A DNA stretch of 45,871 nt from an uncultured Thermoplasmatales archaeon (GTDB lineage Archaea; Thermoplasmatota; E2; DHVEG-1), in NCBI GenBank assembly GCA_964391965.1, contig CAYMOC010000004.1, positions 1 to 45,871 of the forward strand, written 5' to 3'. Under the pieces are notes generated by a model. That model did no database searches. It was given only the letters and a program-made list of their open reading frames with translations, and had not been told where the DNA came from. The position numbers and the translations under genes were made by a program. Within the stretch, counting starts at the first letter, position 1. The number at the start of each line of letters is the position of its first letter. Positions 1 through 9,915 of this stretch are shown here, in pieces.

Positions 1-181
1 ATGGACAATTGATGCAGTTTTCAAAATTTTTGTTATCTTGAGGTCTTGAAATAAGCCAGCAGTCTGTTCCTAAATCGCTTATAAAAACTCGGCATTTAGA
101 TTTTTTTTCTTCTGGACAGCTAAAAAATTCCCAACAGTTTTTGACCTGTTTTTCTTTAGAGTGAATTAGTTTTTCTAGCAT
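1..181 (-). CDS. Cys-rich two-CW domain protein (partial, 3' end outside window)
   Basis: Manual translation, not in ORF track: MLEKLIHSKEKQVKNCWEFFSCPRRKKSKCRVFISDLGTDCWLISRPQDNKNFENCINCP..., pattern NCWE..C...C...CW...CxxC. An in-frame ATG at 196 is an alternative start. Confidence 0.7.
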   Translation of the reverse strand, partial: MLEKLIHSKEKQVKNCWEFFSCPEEKKSKCRVFISDLGTDCWLISRPQDNKNFENCINCP

Positions 182-217
182 TTTTTTGCATCCCATTTTT
201 TATGTTTGGTATGTAAG

Positions 218-403
218 GTGGATGAGATGAAACCCAGAAATTTCTTTCTGGGTTTTTTATTAGAACCGCAATTTTGTTTATTTTAACTGCCAGCTACACA
301 AACACGCAAAAAAAATTGTTGACAAAAAACCACTTTGGAGGGATTTTTGACGGTCAACCTTAATTTTTTTATTTTTTTGCGATTCTAATATATCTCATCT
401 CAC
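218..403 (-). ncRNA. Candidate structured 5' leader or ncRNA upstream of the two-CW gene
   Basis: Nested complementary segments: 218-228/392-403; perfect 11-bp hairpin 230-240/245-255; 258-271/377-390 (its one mismatch becomes G-U on the minus strand); 318-323/353-358. Confidence 0.4.
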
Positions 404-498
404 GCTAGCACATATCATTTATGTTTCAACTATTATTTAACAATACTCGAATTAAATTAGTAAAATATTGGTATTTTAGTGGAAAATAGTAGTAAAAA

Positions 499-1239
499 CT
501 ATTTTTTTAGAGGTTTTCCAACTGAAGTTATATAGATAGCGCTTTCTGTTTCACCATCCACATCAATTATATCATTCACCATATCATCATACAAAGCAGC
601 AATCTGACAACTACCAAGATCTAAACCAACACAGGACAATGCCAGGTTTTCAGCGATGTGACCTGCATCCATAAAAATATACCTATATGCTCTTTGACCA
701 TAACGATACTTTGTACGATTAAAAACCGCTGTCCAAATAAAAACAACACCTGCATAAGCACATTTACTCTGATTCATAGCAGCACGCGTTATATCTTTTT
801 TAAAATCACCAACTTTAAGCTGCTCAAGTTCATGATTTTTTATATTATAATGATAAACACCAGATTCTAAATCCTTTACATTGTTCACAACAAGATACGT
901 TTCAATTGGATATGTTGCACCTGCTGATGGAGCAGTTCTAAACTCATATCCTTTTTCCTCTCGTTCAACCCCTGTTGAAGACCATAACAGATAAGAAAGC
1001 ATTTCTAAAGATATAGGTTCATCTTTGTATTTTCTAATACTCTTGCGTTTATGAAAAACTCTGTCAATACTCTTATCTATTTTCAAGTTCTTATGATCAA
1101 GTTTTATTTTCTTTTTACCTGGATATTCCTTGTAAAGCTTGGGTTTACTTATCTGCTGTACGGCTACATCAAAAACTTCATCAGGATGCAACTTGGTTTT
1201 TTTATGAAACATATCACCAATTTTAGTTTTATCCATCAT
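499..1239 (-). CDS. SagB/ThcOx-family nitroreductase (dehydrogenase)
   Basis: RKSIRKY, RTAPSAGATYPIE, YGQRAYRYIFMDAGHIAENL motifs. Confidence 0.9.
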   Translation of the reverse strand: MMDKTKIGDMFHKKTKLHPDEVFDVAVQQISKPKLYKEYPGKKKIKLDHKNLKIDKSIDRVFHKRKSIRKYKDEPISLEMLSYLLWSSTGVEREEKGYEFRTAPSAGATYPIETYLVVNNVKDLESGVYHYNIKNHELEQLKVGDFKKDITRAAMNQSKCAYAGVVFIWTAVFNRTKYRYGQRAYRYIFMDAGHIAENLALSCVGLDLGSCQIAALYDDMVNDIIDVDGETESAIYITSVGKPLKK

Positions 1240-1262
1240 AACTACCACAAATAAATTTTTTT

Positions 1263-2195
1263 TTAACTTAACAATCCTTGAATTATAAGATCTGTTGCCT
1301 CATCTTCATCCAAACCCCGGCTCATCAAAGTCTGAAGTTGTTTTGAATCAACACTACCCAAAGATGCTTCATGTGTGATATGAGCCTTAGGATTACTAAC
1401 TTCAACAATTGGGATAGCGCTAACCAAGGCATCATCCTTTATTATTTCCTTACAGTCTACATGTCCACGTGCATAAGCACCTGATGCTGTAAGCTTGTTA
1501 TACACCTCAGTTTCAGAGTTATCTCTACCCGCAACACGAGAATTCAGAAAACCACGTGAATAATCACCATTCAAATGACCTGTTTCCTTTATTTTAACAA
1601 CATCATCTTTTATTGCATTAATCCGAGTAACCATCTCTAGAACACTTTTTTTTCCACAATCTGTTTCATAATCTATATCAATAAGACCTGCTCGTCCTTT
1701 CAACAACTCAAACTCAGAATAAAAACGAGCATTCTCCATAAGCTCTATTTTTGCTTTAGGAATCACCTCAACTCCACCAGATTCTCCATGTATATGACGT
1801 TCAAAATAAGAATAAGACGCGTTTTTACCGATACTAATCTTGGCATCCATTACATGTTTAATTTTTTCAGCATTTGGAAAAGCACAATGAGCAAGAATGT
1901 TAACACTGGAATCATCAAGTGCTTTAACATCCATAACTATTTTCTGAACACCAGTTTTTGGCATCATTCCAAAACACATATGAACAGGATTTTTAATCTT
2001 AGCATTTTTCTCTATTGTAACATTTACTTTAACCTTGTCTTCATCTTCTTCTGTTTCAACTTTTAAACCAGGAACAGATTGGGTTTTTACAACCTTGTTA
2101 TGATGAATGAAAACATGAGCAATATCTGGATTATTCAAAACATCAATCTCTGAAACCTCAGAAAGACTCCTAGCTAAATCCTTTTTTTTATTCAT
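1263..2195 (-). CDS. SufB/SufD-family Fe-S assembly protein
   Basis: GHVDCKEI and THEASLGSVDSKQLQTLMSRGL motifs; overlaps the adjacent SufC-like gene. Confidence 0.9.
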   Translation of the reverse strand: MNKKKDLARSLSEVSEIDVLNNPDIAHVFIHHNKVVKTQSVPGLKVETEEDEDKVKVNVTIEKNAKIKNPVHMCFGMMPKTGVQKIVMDVKALDDSSVNILAHCAFPNAEKIKHVMDAKISIGKNASYSYFERHIHGESGGVEVIPKAKIELMENARFYSEFELLKGRAGLIDIDYETDCGKKSVLEMVTRINAIKDDVVKIKETGHLNGDYSRGFLNSRVAGRDNSETEVYNKLTASGAYARGHVDCKEIIKDDALVSAIPIVEVSNPKAHITHEASLGSVDSKQLQTLMSRGLDEDEATDLIIQGLLS

Positions 2196-2931
2196 CCAGT
2201 TTTATCCCTCCGTCATCAGGCTCATTTTTATGAGGACAAGGAATGCATTTGTTCTCAAAATATGGGATAATCTTTTCGGCTTTTCCTTTCTCAATTATTT
2301 CTCCATGACACATCAAAAAAGCATGCTCTGCTTGTCTTAAAACCGCAAGACTATGAGTGATCAACAAAACAGTTGTACCTTTTTCTTTTAATTCCTTTAT
2401 AACCTCAAAGATTTTCTCAAGAGTGGCTACATCAATACCACTATCTGGTTCATCAAGCATTATAAGATCAGGGTCCATAGCCATAATAGATGCAAGCTCT
2501 ATTTTTTTACGCTCACCACCTGAAAGTGTTTCATCAACCGCGCGATCAAGATAATCTTTACAATCCAAGCCCATACGATCAAGTTTCTCTGAAATATAAT
2601 CTTCATCTTTTATTTTTGAGCCAGCCATCAAAAAATCACGAACCTTTAGTCCTTCGTAACGAGCTGGTTCCTGCCAAGCAAAACTCATACCAAGATTAGC
2701 ACGTTTGTCAATATCTAAATCCTGTATTTCTTTTCCTTCAAACAAAATCTTCCCTGTTATATCACGATAATCTGAAAGACCCATAATAGCTGAAGCAAGA
2801 GTAGATTTCCCTGCACCATTCGGACCTACTATTGCATGAACATGACCTTTCCAAATATCAAGATTCAGATTCGATAATATCTTTTTATCATTTATGTGAA
2901 GACTAAGATCTTTTATTTCTATTATTCCCAT
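2188..2931 (-). CDS. sufC: SufC-like ABC ATPase
   Basis: Walker A GPNGAGKS, LSGGERKK, LDEPDSGID; C-terminal CxxC; paired with SufB/D. Confidence 0.85.
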   Translation of the reverse strand: MGIIEIKDLSLHINDKKILSNLNLDIWKGHVHAIVGPNGAGKSTLASAIMGLSDYRDITGKILFEGKEIQDLDIDKRANLGMSFAWQEPARYEGLKVRDFLMAGSKIKDEDYISEKLDRMGLDCKDYLDRAVDETLSGGERKKIELASIMAMDPDLIMLDEPDSGIDVATLEKIFEVIKELKEKGTTVLLITHSLAVLRQAEHAFLMCHGEIIEKGKAEKIIPYFENKCIPCPHKNEPDDGGIKLDE

Positions 2932-2981
2932 ATTTTAACTCCAAAAATAAAAACATCAAAAAAAAATGTAAGAAAAAAAAA

Positions 2982-3359
2982 TTAGTTTTTCCAGAGACCA
3001 TGAACATTACAGTATTCACGAGCAACAATATTACTTGATTGTATTTCAAACAAGGCCTGTGGTTTATCCCCTGGTTTCAAAAATTTTCTATAAGATTTTC
3101 CATCAGCAAAAACCTGTATCCATTCAATATAGTGTTCTTCTTTCATAGGATGATTTTCGTTTTCACCAATTTTCACAAGAACACCATCATCTGTTTTCTC
3201 AACATAGGGTACATGTTTTTCTGTACTAGAATGCTCTGTTTTTGGTTCCATAAGTTTCATCTCTTCACCGCAGCATACCAGAGCACCTTGTCCAGTATGA
3301 AGGACTTCTACAATATTTCCACATATTTCACATTTATATATCTCATTTTTTTTAGTCAT
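2982..3359 (-). CDS. dfx: Desulfoferrodoxin (2Fe superoxide reductase)
   Basis: CEICGN...LVCCG desulforedoxin domain; EKHVP, HPM..EHYIEWI, CNVHG SOR ligands. Start moved to ATG 3359, which follows a GGAGG. Confidence 0.95.
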   Translation of the reverse strand: MTKKNEIYKCEICGNIVEVLHTGQGALVCCGEEMKLMEPKTEHSSTEKHVPYVEKTDDGVLVKIGENENHPMKEEHYIEWIQVFADGKSYRKFLKPGDKPQALFEIQSSNIVAREYCNVHGLWKN

Positions 3360-3386
3360 AATTTTTTTCTTACCTCCAAACAAAAT

Positions 3387-4625
3387 TCATAATGTTTTTT
3401 TCTTTATTTCATGTGTTTTTTCAACACTAAGCCTGTGAAGTTCCTCACGTGTCATAACTGATTCATCCCCATTTTTTATAATCCCTACCCGGTTTGTACA
3501 ACTCATACAAGGGTCAGTACTTGCTGCAACAATCGGGATATCAGCGATTTGTTCGCCTTTCAGCATGGGAATCCATGGTAGGATATTTGAATAAGTAGGA
3601 GCACGAATCTTCCAAGAAAAAGGAGATTCTTCACCAACATATTTTACATAATGAAAAACTTCCCCGCGTGGTGCCTCCATCCGGCCTATTCCTTCACCTT
3701 CTACTTTTTTAAGCATGTTAAGTAGTTTAACAAGTTTAGGTTCAGATACTATTTCTCCCTCGGGCATATTTTTTATAGCCTTTTTGATAAGCTCTATTGA
3801 TTGCCTAACTTCTAGAAGACGAACTATTATTCGATCATAGACATCACCGTTTATCTCCCCTGTGAGTATATCCGGTGTCATATAATCAATATCAAAATCA
3901 CCGAAGGAAAAATATGGATGATCAATCCGTATATCTTTTTTAACGCCACTAGCTCTTGCTGTAGGGCCTACTGCGCAAAGATTCAAAGCATCTTTTTTTG
4001 TAAGAACACCACAATCCTGGCTTCGCATTTTAAAGGTTTTATCTTCAAGAAAAACTTTTCGTAGTTTTTCAAAATTATTATGAACCACTGCAAGTTTCTT
4101 CATAATATATCCATGCATATCCTCTGTGATATCCCGTCGGATACCACCAATCATAGTAATACCCTTGGTCACACGATTTCCACATAGATACTCTGTTAAA
4201 TCCAAAGCGGCTTCACGGATATTCCATGTAAGATAAAGAACCGAGTCAAAACCTATTTCATGAGCTGCAACTCCAGCCCAAAGAACATGTGAACAGATAC
4301 GTTCAAGTTCCTGATGAACCACACGTATATACTGAGCACGAACTGGAACATCTATTTTCGCTGCTTGTTCTGTAGCCAACGCAAAAGCCATCGGATGACA
4401 ATAAGAACAGATCCCGCAGACACGTTCAGCTAAATACAAAACCTGAACAGGGTTTCGTTTTCTAGCAGCCCATTCAACTGCTCTGTGAACATGACCCAGT
4501 TCAACATCTACATCAATGATTCGTTCACCATCGATTTCAAAATTGAACTTAACAGGTTCCTTAAGCGCGGGATGAATCGGCCCAACGGGAATCTGATAAC
4601 TTGTTTTAGAGGTTTCTTTATCCAT
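3387..4625 (-). CDS. Group 4 (Mbh/Ech-type) [NiFe]-hydrogenase large subunit
   Basis: GPIHPALKEP, L1 motif ERVCGICSYCH, EAPRGE, L2 motif DPCMSC followed by an MbhL-like C-terminal extension. Confidence 0.9.
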   Translation of the reverse strand: MDKETSKTSYQIPVGPIHPALKEPVKFNFEIDGERIIDVDVELGHVHRAVEWAARKRNPVQVLYLAERVCGICSYCHPMAFALATEQAAKIDVPVRAQYIRVVHQELERICSHVLWAGVAAHEIGFDSVLYLTWNIREAALDLTEYLCGNRVTKGITMIGGIRRDITEDMHGYIMKKLAVVHNNFEKLRKVFLEDKTFKMRSQDCGVLTKKDALNLCAVGPTARASGVKKDIRIDHPYFSFGDFDIDYMTPDILTGEINGDVYDRIIVRLLEVRQSIELIKKAIKNMPEGEIVSEPKLVKLLNMLKKVEGEGIGRMEAPRGEVFHYVKYVGEESPFSWKIRAPTYSNILPWIPMLKGEQIADIPIVAASTDPCMSCTNRVGIIKNGDESVMTREELHRLSVEKTHEIKKKTL

Positions 4626-4647
4626 CTATCCTACCAAAAAATTTTTT

Positions 4648-5223
4648 TTAGTATGGTTCAGTCCAAACTTCATAGTAACTCTGAGGATGTTTACACGCTG
4701 GACACATATTTGGTGCCTCTGGCCCTTCATGAACATATCCACAGTTACGGCATTTCCATTTCACAGTTTTTTCTTTTTTGAATACTTTTTTGTCCTCGAC
4801 ATTTTTTAAAAGTTTTCTATACCGTGTTTCATGGTATGATTCAACCTCGGCGATACTTCGGAAACTGGCAGCAACATCAGCGAATCCTTCTTCTTCAGCT
4901 GTTTTTGCAAAATCTGGATACAAAGTACCCCATTCTTCTTTTTCACCTTCAGCAGCTGCAAGAAGATTTTCTTCTGTTGTACCTATTTTTCCAGCAGGAT
5001 AACTTGCTTGTATCTCAGTCATTCCACCCTGCAGGTATTTAAAAAATACTTTAGCGTGTTCTTTTTCGTTTTCAGCTGTTTCAAGAAAGATAGCTGCTAT
5101 TTGTTCATATCCTTCTTTTTTTGCTTTACTAGCAAAATAGCTGTATCTGTTTCTAGCCTGACTTTCGCCTGCAAAAGCTGCAAGCAGGTTTTTTTCGGTT
5201 TGTGTACCTTTTATATCTTTCAT
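4648..5223 (-). CDS. rbr: Rubrerythrin
   Basis: [20 protein letters not shown]-terminal CRNCG...CPAC. True start is MKDIKG at 5223, which follows AGGTGA. Confidence 0.95.
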   Translation of the reverse strand: MKDIKGTQTEKNLLAAFAGESQARNRYSYFASKAKKEGYEQIAAIFLETAENEKEHAKVFFKYLQGGMTEIQASYPAGKIGTTEENLLAAAEGEKEEWGTLYPDFAKTAEEEGFADVAASFRSIAEVESYHETRYRKLLKNVEDKKVFKKEKTVKWKCRNCGYVHEGPEAPNMCPACKHPQSYYEVWTEPY

Positions 5224-5254
5224 TTTTTTTGTTTCACCTAAACAAAATTTTTTT

Positions 5255-5746
5255 TTATGGACCGGCATGTACCATATGCCAGTAAACATCAGCTTGTTCG
5301 AATTTTTCCATACTTTCTTTTTCGTTTTCAAGTATTTTGAAGTGTCCTTTTTCCATGTCCGCAAAATACTGAAGCATGTTTTTTATTTCTTTATCATCAA
5401 ATCTTTCAGAGAGCTTTTGATAAAAGTTTTGAGCAAAATTTTCAGCATCCATTGCTTGTTTTAAGATCTTGCTAAGAGGTATATCTTCATCAGAAAACTT
5501 GATTTCAGGGAAAGAAATAACTTGTTTTTCAGCAGGTGTTAGTTTTTTTTCTGGAAAACGAAGATTGTAAATTTTTTCGATAAAGTTTTGATGTTTCTTT
5601 TCTTCTTCGGCAAGAAACAATAATTTATCCTTTAATAGCCCGTTTTCTACACTGTCAGCTATTTTTGTATATGTTTTTTCACTATCTACTTCGCTTCTGT
5701 AAACAGTTTTGATTAAATCTTCAAGATTATAATTGTTTAAATTCAT
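5255..5746 (-). CDS. Ferritin-like/rubrerythrin diiron-domain protein
   Basis: Two ExxH motifs (EEKKH, EKGH) in a four-helix-bundle pattern; no rubredoxin domain. Confidence 0.85.
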   Translation of the reverse strand: MNLNNYNLEDLIKTVYRSEVDSEKTYTKIADSVENGLLKDKLLFLAEEEKKHQNFIEKIYNLRFPEKKLTPAEKQVISFPEIKFSDEDIPLSKILKQAMDAENFAQNFYQKLSERFDDKEIKNMLQYFADMEKGHFKILENEKESMEKFEQADVYWHMVHAGP

Positions 5747-5762
5747 AGTTTTTTTACCTTTT

Positions 5763-6179
5763 TTAGTCCAGAAGTCTTTTCTCCCCTTCTAAATGCTGGA
5801 TTTCTTCAATATCTTGAGATGCTTCCAAGCAACCAATATATTCACCATTTTTATTTCGAAGTGCATAGTATTCTATCAAAACTTTATGTTTTTCTTTGTT
5901 TGGACCTAATGGCATATCTATATAGAACTGTGCTTTGTCTCTTGTTCCTGCTTTCATTTCTTTAAGGATTTGTTCTACTTTAGAAAGACTTTTTTTAGGA
6001 TGACAATTTCGGACGTCTCGACCTACCACGTTTTCTGGTCTTTTAAAAATCCTGGTTTCATGTTTATTCCATGCAAGAACCTTGTCATCTTTATCAATAA
6101 TTGAAATCTGAAGAGGCATATTTTCAAAAACTGAATCTATAACCTCATCAGACATTTTTCCAATCATTTTTTTATTCAC
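5763..6179 (-). CDS. Stand-alone PAS domain protein (PAS_10/DUF438-type)
   Basis: RIFKR...VGRDVRNCHPKKS...IEYYALRNKNGEYIGCLEASQDI. Confidence 0.8.
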   Translation of the reverse strand: MNKKMIGKMSDEVIDSVFENMPLQISIIDKDDKVLAWNKHETRIFKRPENVVGRDVRNCHPKKSLSKVEQILKEMKAGTRDKAQFYIDMPLGPNKEKHKVLIEYYALRNKNGEYIGCLEASQDIEEIQHLEGEKRLLD

Positions 6180-6699
6180 CTTCCGGTTGTTGAGCTAGTA
6201 TATCATCTGTGAATTGTCTTTGACCAAGCTCTCGATCTATCATAAAAAGTCCGTTTCCACTATCGCCGATGAGTTTTAGTTTTTGTACCATTTCATCAGC
6301 AGAATCTTCTTCTTCGACTTGTTCATCTATAAACCATTGAAGCATGTTCAGAGTTGCTCGATCCTTTTCTTTTTCTGCAAGATCAACAAGGTCTTCTATC
6401 ATGCTGGTTACTTTTTGTTCATGTTTATATGTTTCTTCAAAAACATGAAGAGGGGATTCCCATTCTGTTGGAACATCATCTATTGCATCAAGTTTTACCC
6501 GTCCACCACGTTCCACAACATGGTTGTAAAAACGCATCGCATGGTTTACTTCTTCTTGAGCTTGCATTTTCATCCAGTTAGAAAAACCAGATAGGCTTAT
6601 TGAATCAAAATAAGTCGACATTGATAGATACAGATAAGCACTCCAGAGCTCTGCATTGATTTGTTTATTTATTGCTTGTTCTACATTTTTTTTAATCAT
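6172..6699 (-). CDS. ftnA: Non-heme ferritin
   Basis: INAELWSAYLYLSM, EEVNHA, HEQKVT, WFIDEQVEEE ferroxidase residues. Confidence 0.95.
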   Translation of the reverse strand: MIKKNVEQAINKQINAELWSAYLYLSMSTYFDSISLSGFSNWMKMQAQEEVNHAMRFYNHVVERGGRVKLDAIDDVPTEWESPLHVFEETYKHEQKVTSMIEDLVDLAEKEKDRATLNMLQWFIDEQVEEEDSADEMVQKLKLIGDSGNGLFMIDRELGQRQFTDDILAQQPEGE

Positions 6700-6759
6700 A
6701 ATTTTACATGACCTCCAATTTTTTTTTAAAAAAAAAATAAAAATTTTTTTAGATTTTTT

Positions 6760-7395
6760 TTATTTGTGACAGAACCACCAGTCGTAACACTCGTATTCTT
6801 TCTTTCTCTTTCTTGCTGTTTTAACATCACTTGCGGGAGGGATTATAACACGGTCTTTTAGTAGTTCATTGTTCGGCCAGTTAGCTGGTATTGCCACTTT
6901 GTCTTTATCTGCTCGTTGGAATCCTTTGATCATACGTAAAAATTCATCCATGTTACGTCCGAGTTCTTGTGGATAATACAAGATTGCTCTTATGGTTCCA
7001 TTTGGATCTACCATGAATACTGCTCGAACTGTGTTTGATCCTTTGTTTGGATGAATCAAACCAAGGGTTCCAGCAACAGCTCCAGTGTCAGCTATTATTG
7101 GGAATTCTATTTCTTGTTTTAGGTTTTCATGTATCCATTCAGACCATTTTATGTGACTATGGACTTGATCTACACTGAGACCTATCAGTTCAGTGTTTAA
7201 ATCTCTGAATTGATCATATTTTTTTTGAAAGCTATAGAATTCTGTTGTACATACTGGTGTGAAATCACCGGGGTGACTAAACAGTATAAACCATTTTCCT
7301 TTGTAGGCCTCTGGTAGTTTTATTTTTCCTTCAGTGGTTTGTACTTCCATTTCTGGAAACTTATCGCCTATTAAAGGCATCTTTTTTTCTTCCAT
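6760..7395 (-). CDS. Peroxiredoxin (Prx6/archaeal type)
   Basis: [12 protein letters not shown] active site; C-terminal CYDWWFC. Confidence 0.95.
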   Translation of the reverse strand: MEEKKMPLIGDKFPEMEVQTTEGKIKLPEAYKGKWFILFSHPGDFTPVCTTEFYSFQKKYDQFRDLNTELIGLSVDQVHSHIKWSEWIHENLKQEIEFPIIADTGAVAGTLGLIHPNKGSNTVRAVFMVDPNGTIRAILYYPQELGRNMDEFLRMIKGFQRADKDKVAIPANWPNNELLKDRVIIPPASDVKTARKRKKEYECYDWWFCHK

Positions 7396-7424
7396 TTCTT
7401 TTTTTTCTCCTTTTCAAAATTTTT

Positions 7425-7961
7425 TTATTTTACTTTTATGTTTTTTCTTCCTGATGAGGGATGTTTTTTAGCTATTTTTATTTCAAGTATACCATCTTTA
7501 AGTGTTGCTTCGGCTTTGTCAGGGTTTACTTCTTCAGGGAAATTCATTCTTCGGCATAACGAAGAATATGATCTTTCTCTTCTTACGTAGTCTTCTTTTT
7601 CTTCATCGGTTTCTGTTTTGGTTTCACCAGTTATGTTGATGTCATTGTTTGAAAGCGATATATCCAGATCGTTTTTGTTTACCCCTGGCATTTCTGCTAC
7701 TAGTTTGTATTCTTTGCCGGTGTCGATAAGATCTATATTTGAATGTTTGAATTCTGTTGGATAGTTTCCTCTACGAAATTCTCTGGGCATTAGTGTTTCT
7801 CGTCCTCTACCCCAAAATGGTATCCAGGGATCGTCCCAGAAGTTTCTTTCCATTGCATCGTAAATCGTTGATGGATCCCAAACAGATGGTGTTGTTTTTC
7901 TGCTATCAACTTTTCTATCTTTCTTTTTTACATCTATCTTATTTTCTTCCTTTTTTGTCAT
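7425..7961 (-). CDS. Hsp20/alpha-crystallin small heat-shock protein
   Basis: AEMPGV...RRERSY...ATLKDGILEI. Start at ATG 7961 follows GGAGG. Confidence 0.9.
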   Translation of the reverse strand: MTKKEENKIDVKKKDRKVDSRKTTPSVWDPSTIYDAMERNFWDDPWIPFWGRGRETLMPREFRRGNYPTEFKHSNIDLIDTGKEYKLVAEMPGVNKNDLDISLSNNDINITGETKTETDEEKEDYVRRERSYSSLCRRMNFPEEVNPDKAEATLKDGILEIKIAKKHPSSGRKNIKVK

Positions 7962-8002
7962 AATATTCTTACCGCCTCCATTCTCATTTCTTATAAGATG
8001 TT

Positions 8003-9181
8003 TCATTTGTTTAAATATTTTCCCAATTTGTTTCCAATTTTTCTAATATTTGTTAAATCTTTTTCATGAGGAATATAATTAACATTTATATTGTCTATAG
8101 GGAAATCCCAAGAAAGACTATCAAGCATTTTTTCTATCTCTCCAACAGCTTGACCACCCCAACCATAGGATCCAAAAACAAAACCTACACGGTTTTTAGG
8201 ACGAAGTCCTTTCAAATATGTAAGAAAACCACCCATAGTTGGCATCATACCATTATTCAAAGTCGGAGAACCAACACAAACAAGTTTCGAATCAAGAACA
8301 TCAGTCATAACATCAGAAATATGATTATTACTAAGATTACGTAAAACAGAGGGAATACCTGCTTCTTCAAGACCTCTATGAAGACTATAAGCAATTTTTT
8401 CTGTTGAACCCCACATGGAATCATAAACAATAACAGCCTGATCCTCAGTTTTATTTGCTGACCATTTCTTGTACTCCTTCACAATATCAGGTATATGTTT
8501 TCTCCATATGATTCCATGACTTGGAGCAATCATATCAAAATCTAAATCTTTTACAGCATCCAATGCTTTCTGAACTTGACCTCCATAAGGCAATACTATG
8601 TTTGCATAATACTTCGCCGCCTCCTCACGTAGTATCCCCCAGTCAAGTTCATCATCAAAACGAGCGCTACTAGCAATATGCTGCCCAAAGGCATCATTAG
8701 GAAGTAAAAGCTTGTCTTCAGGACTATAAGTTATCATTGAATCAGGCCAATGAACCATAGGGATATGAACAAAATGAAGATCGCGTTTTCCAATGTTAAG
8801 AGTTTCACCACTTTTTACAACATTAAGATTCAAATCTTTTTTATAATGAAGATTAAGACCTTTTTCACCTCGAACAGAAGTGAAAACTTTGGCATCTGGA
8901 CAGACCTCTAAAATTTTTGGAAGACTACCTGAATGATCCATTTCTACATGATTAGATACAATGTAATCTATTTTTGATGGATCAACGATTTCTTTAATTC
9001 TGTCTATCATTTCATCAAACAAATAATGTTTAACAGTGTCAACCAAAGTAATCTTATCATCCATAATCAAATATGAGTTATAGGTTGTACCACGTTGTGT
9101 GGAATAACCATGAAAATTACGTATTTTCCAATCGATTCCACCAACCCAGTATATATCTGGTTTAATCTTCACTTTTTTCAT
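8003..9181 (-). CDS. fprA: FprA flavodiiron protein (O2/NO reductase)
   Basis: NHVEMDHSG, VHWPDSM, DAFGQH, flavodoxin YDSMWGST and FGSYGW. Confidence 0.95.
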   Translation of the reverse strand: MKKVKIKPDIYWVGGIDWKIRNFHGYSTQRGTTYNSYLIMDDKITLVDTVKHYLFDEMIDRIKEIVDPSKIDYIVSNHVEMDHSGSLPKILEVCPDAKVFTSVRGEKGLNLHYKKDLNLNVVKSGETLNIGKRDLHFVHIPMVHWPDSMITYSPEDKLLLPNDAFGQHIASSARFDDELDWGILREEAAKYYANIVLPYGGQVQKALDAVKDLDFDMIAPSHGIIWRKHIPDIVKEYKKWSANKTEDQAVIVYDSMWGSTEKIAYSLHRGLEEAGIPSVLRNLSNNHISDVMTDVLDSKLVCVGSPTLNNGMMPTMGGFLTYLKGLRPKNRVGFVFGSYGWGGQAVGEIEKMLDSLSWDFPIDNINVNYIPHEKDLTNIRKIGNKLGKYLNK

Positions 9182-9210
9182 AATTTTTAATCACACCAAC
9201 AAATTTTTTT

Positions 9211-9915
9211 TTATTGTTTTTCAAAAGCCTCTTTAGCTGCACCACAAACAGGGCAAACCCAATCATCTGGTATTTCCTCAAATGGTGTTCCTGGTTTTAT
9301 TCCACCATCTGGATCCCCTTTCTCCGGATCATATACATATCCACATACTGTACAAACATATTTATCCATGTTTTTTTCCTCCAAATTTTTTTTATTTTTT
9401 TCATTTTCTTTTTCTACATTATAAGTTGGGGCATTTTTAGAGGTTAATCCTCCCTTTACCTGATGGTAGTAATCATAGGTTAAAGGAGGGTTTTCTGATA
9501 TCACCTCAGCGTCTGTTACCTCCCCAACAAATATCGTGTGAGTATAAACATCTATTTTGTTAATCAATGAAGCCTCAATGTATGCTACTGTGTTATCTGT
9601 TACAATTGGTATACCGTTTTTTCCCAATTTACAGTTAACACTTGTGAGTTTATCAGTATCTCGGCCGCATTTGAAACCAAATGGACCAATGAACTTCAAA
9701 GGCGTTTCTTTTTCAAGTACTGAAATAGTGTATTTCTTGCTTTTATCTATTAATTCATGGGTGAGATTTTTTTTGTTGATACTTATTGCAATCGTTGGTG
9801 GCTTTGATGTTACTTGAAAGATTGAATTTGCGATTTGACCATTGGCTTTTTCCTTGTATTTTGAACAAACAATGTACAAACCATAAGTGATTTTGTGTAA
9901 TGCCTTTTTATTCAT
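9211..9915 (-). CDS. Flavin reductase-rubredoxin fusion (high-molecular-weight rubredoxin type)
   Basis: N-terminal flavin reductase-like domain ([17 protein letters not shown]); C-terminal CTVCGY...WVCPVCG. Confidence 0.9.
   Translation of the reverse strand: MNKKALHKITYGLYIVCSKYKEKANGQIANSIFQVTSKPPTIAISINKKNLTHELIDKSKKYTISVLEKETPLKFIGPFGFKCGRDTDKLTSVNCKLGKNGIPIVTDNTVAYIEASLINKIDVYTHTIFVGEVTDAEVISENPPLTYDYYHQVKGGLTSKNAPTYNVEKENEKNKKNLEEKNMDKYVCTVCGYVYDPEKGDPDGGIKPGTPFEEIPDDWVCPVCGAAKEAFEKQ

Noticed and set aside
280..360. c-di-GMP-I (GEMM) riboswitch suggested by ACGCAAA and GCCAG
   Set aside because: The elements are in the wrong order and there is no GAAA tetraloop/receptor pair.
3387..3530. 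Selenocysteine or a degenerate, complex I-like large subunit
   Set aside because: All four ligands are ordinary Cys codons and there is no in-frame TGA.
5224..5364. 47-aa N-terminal extension of rubrerythrin in the ORF track
   Set aside because: It overlaps the upstream gene, and a good SD precedes the canonical start at 5223.
6700..6760. Long A/T homopolymer tracts as a repeat element
   Set aside because: Similar tracts occur in most intergenic spacers here and are consistent with ordinary spacers or terminators.
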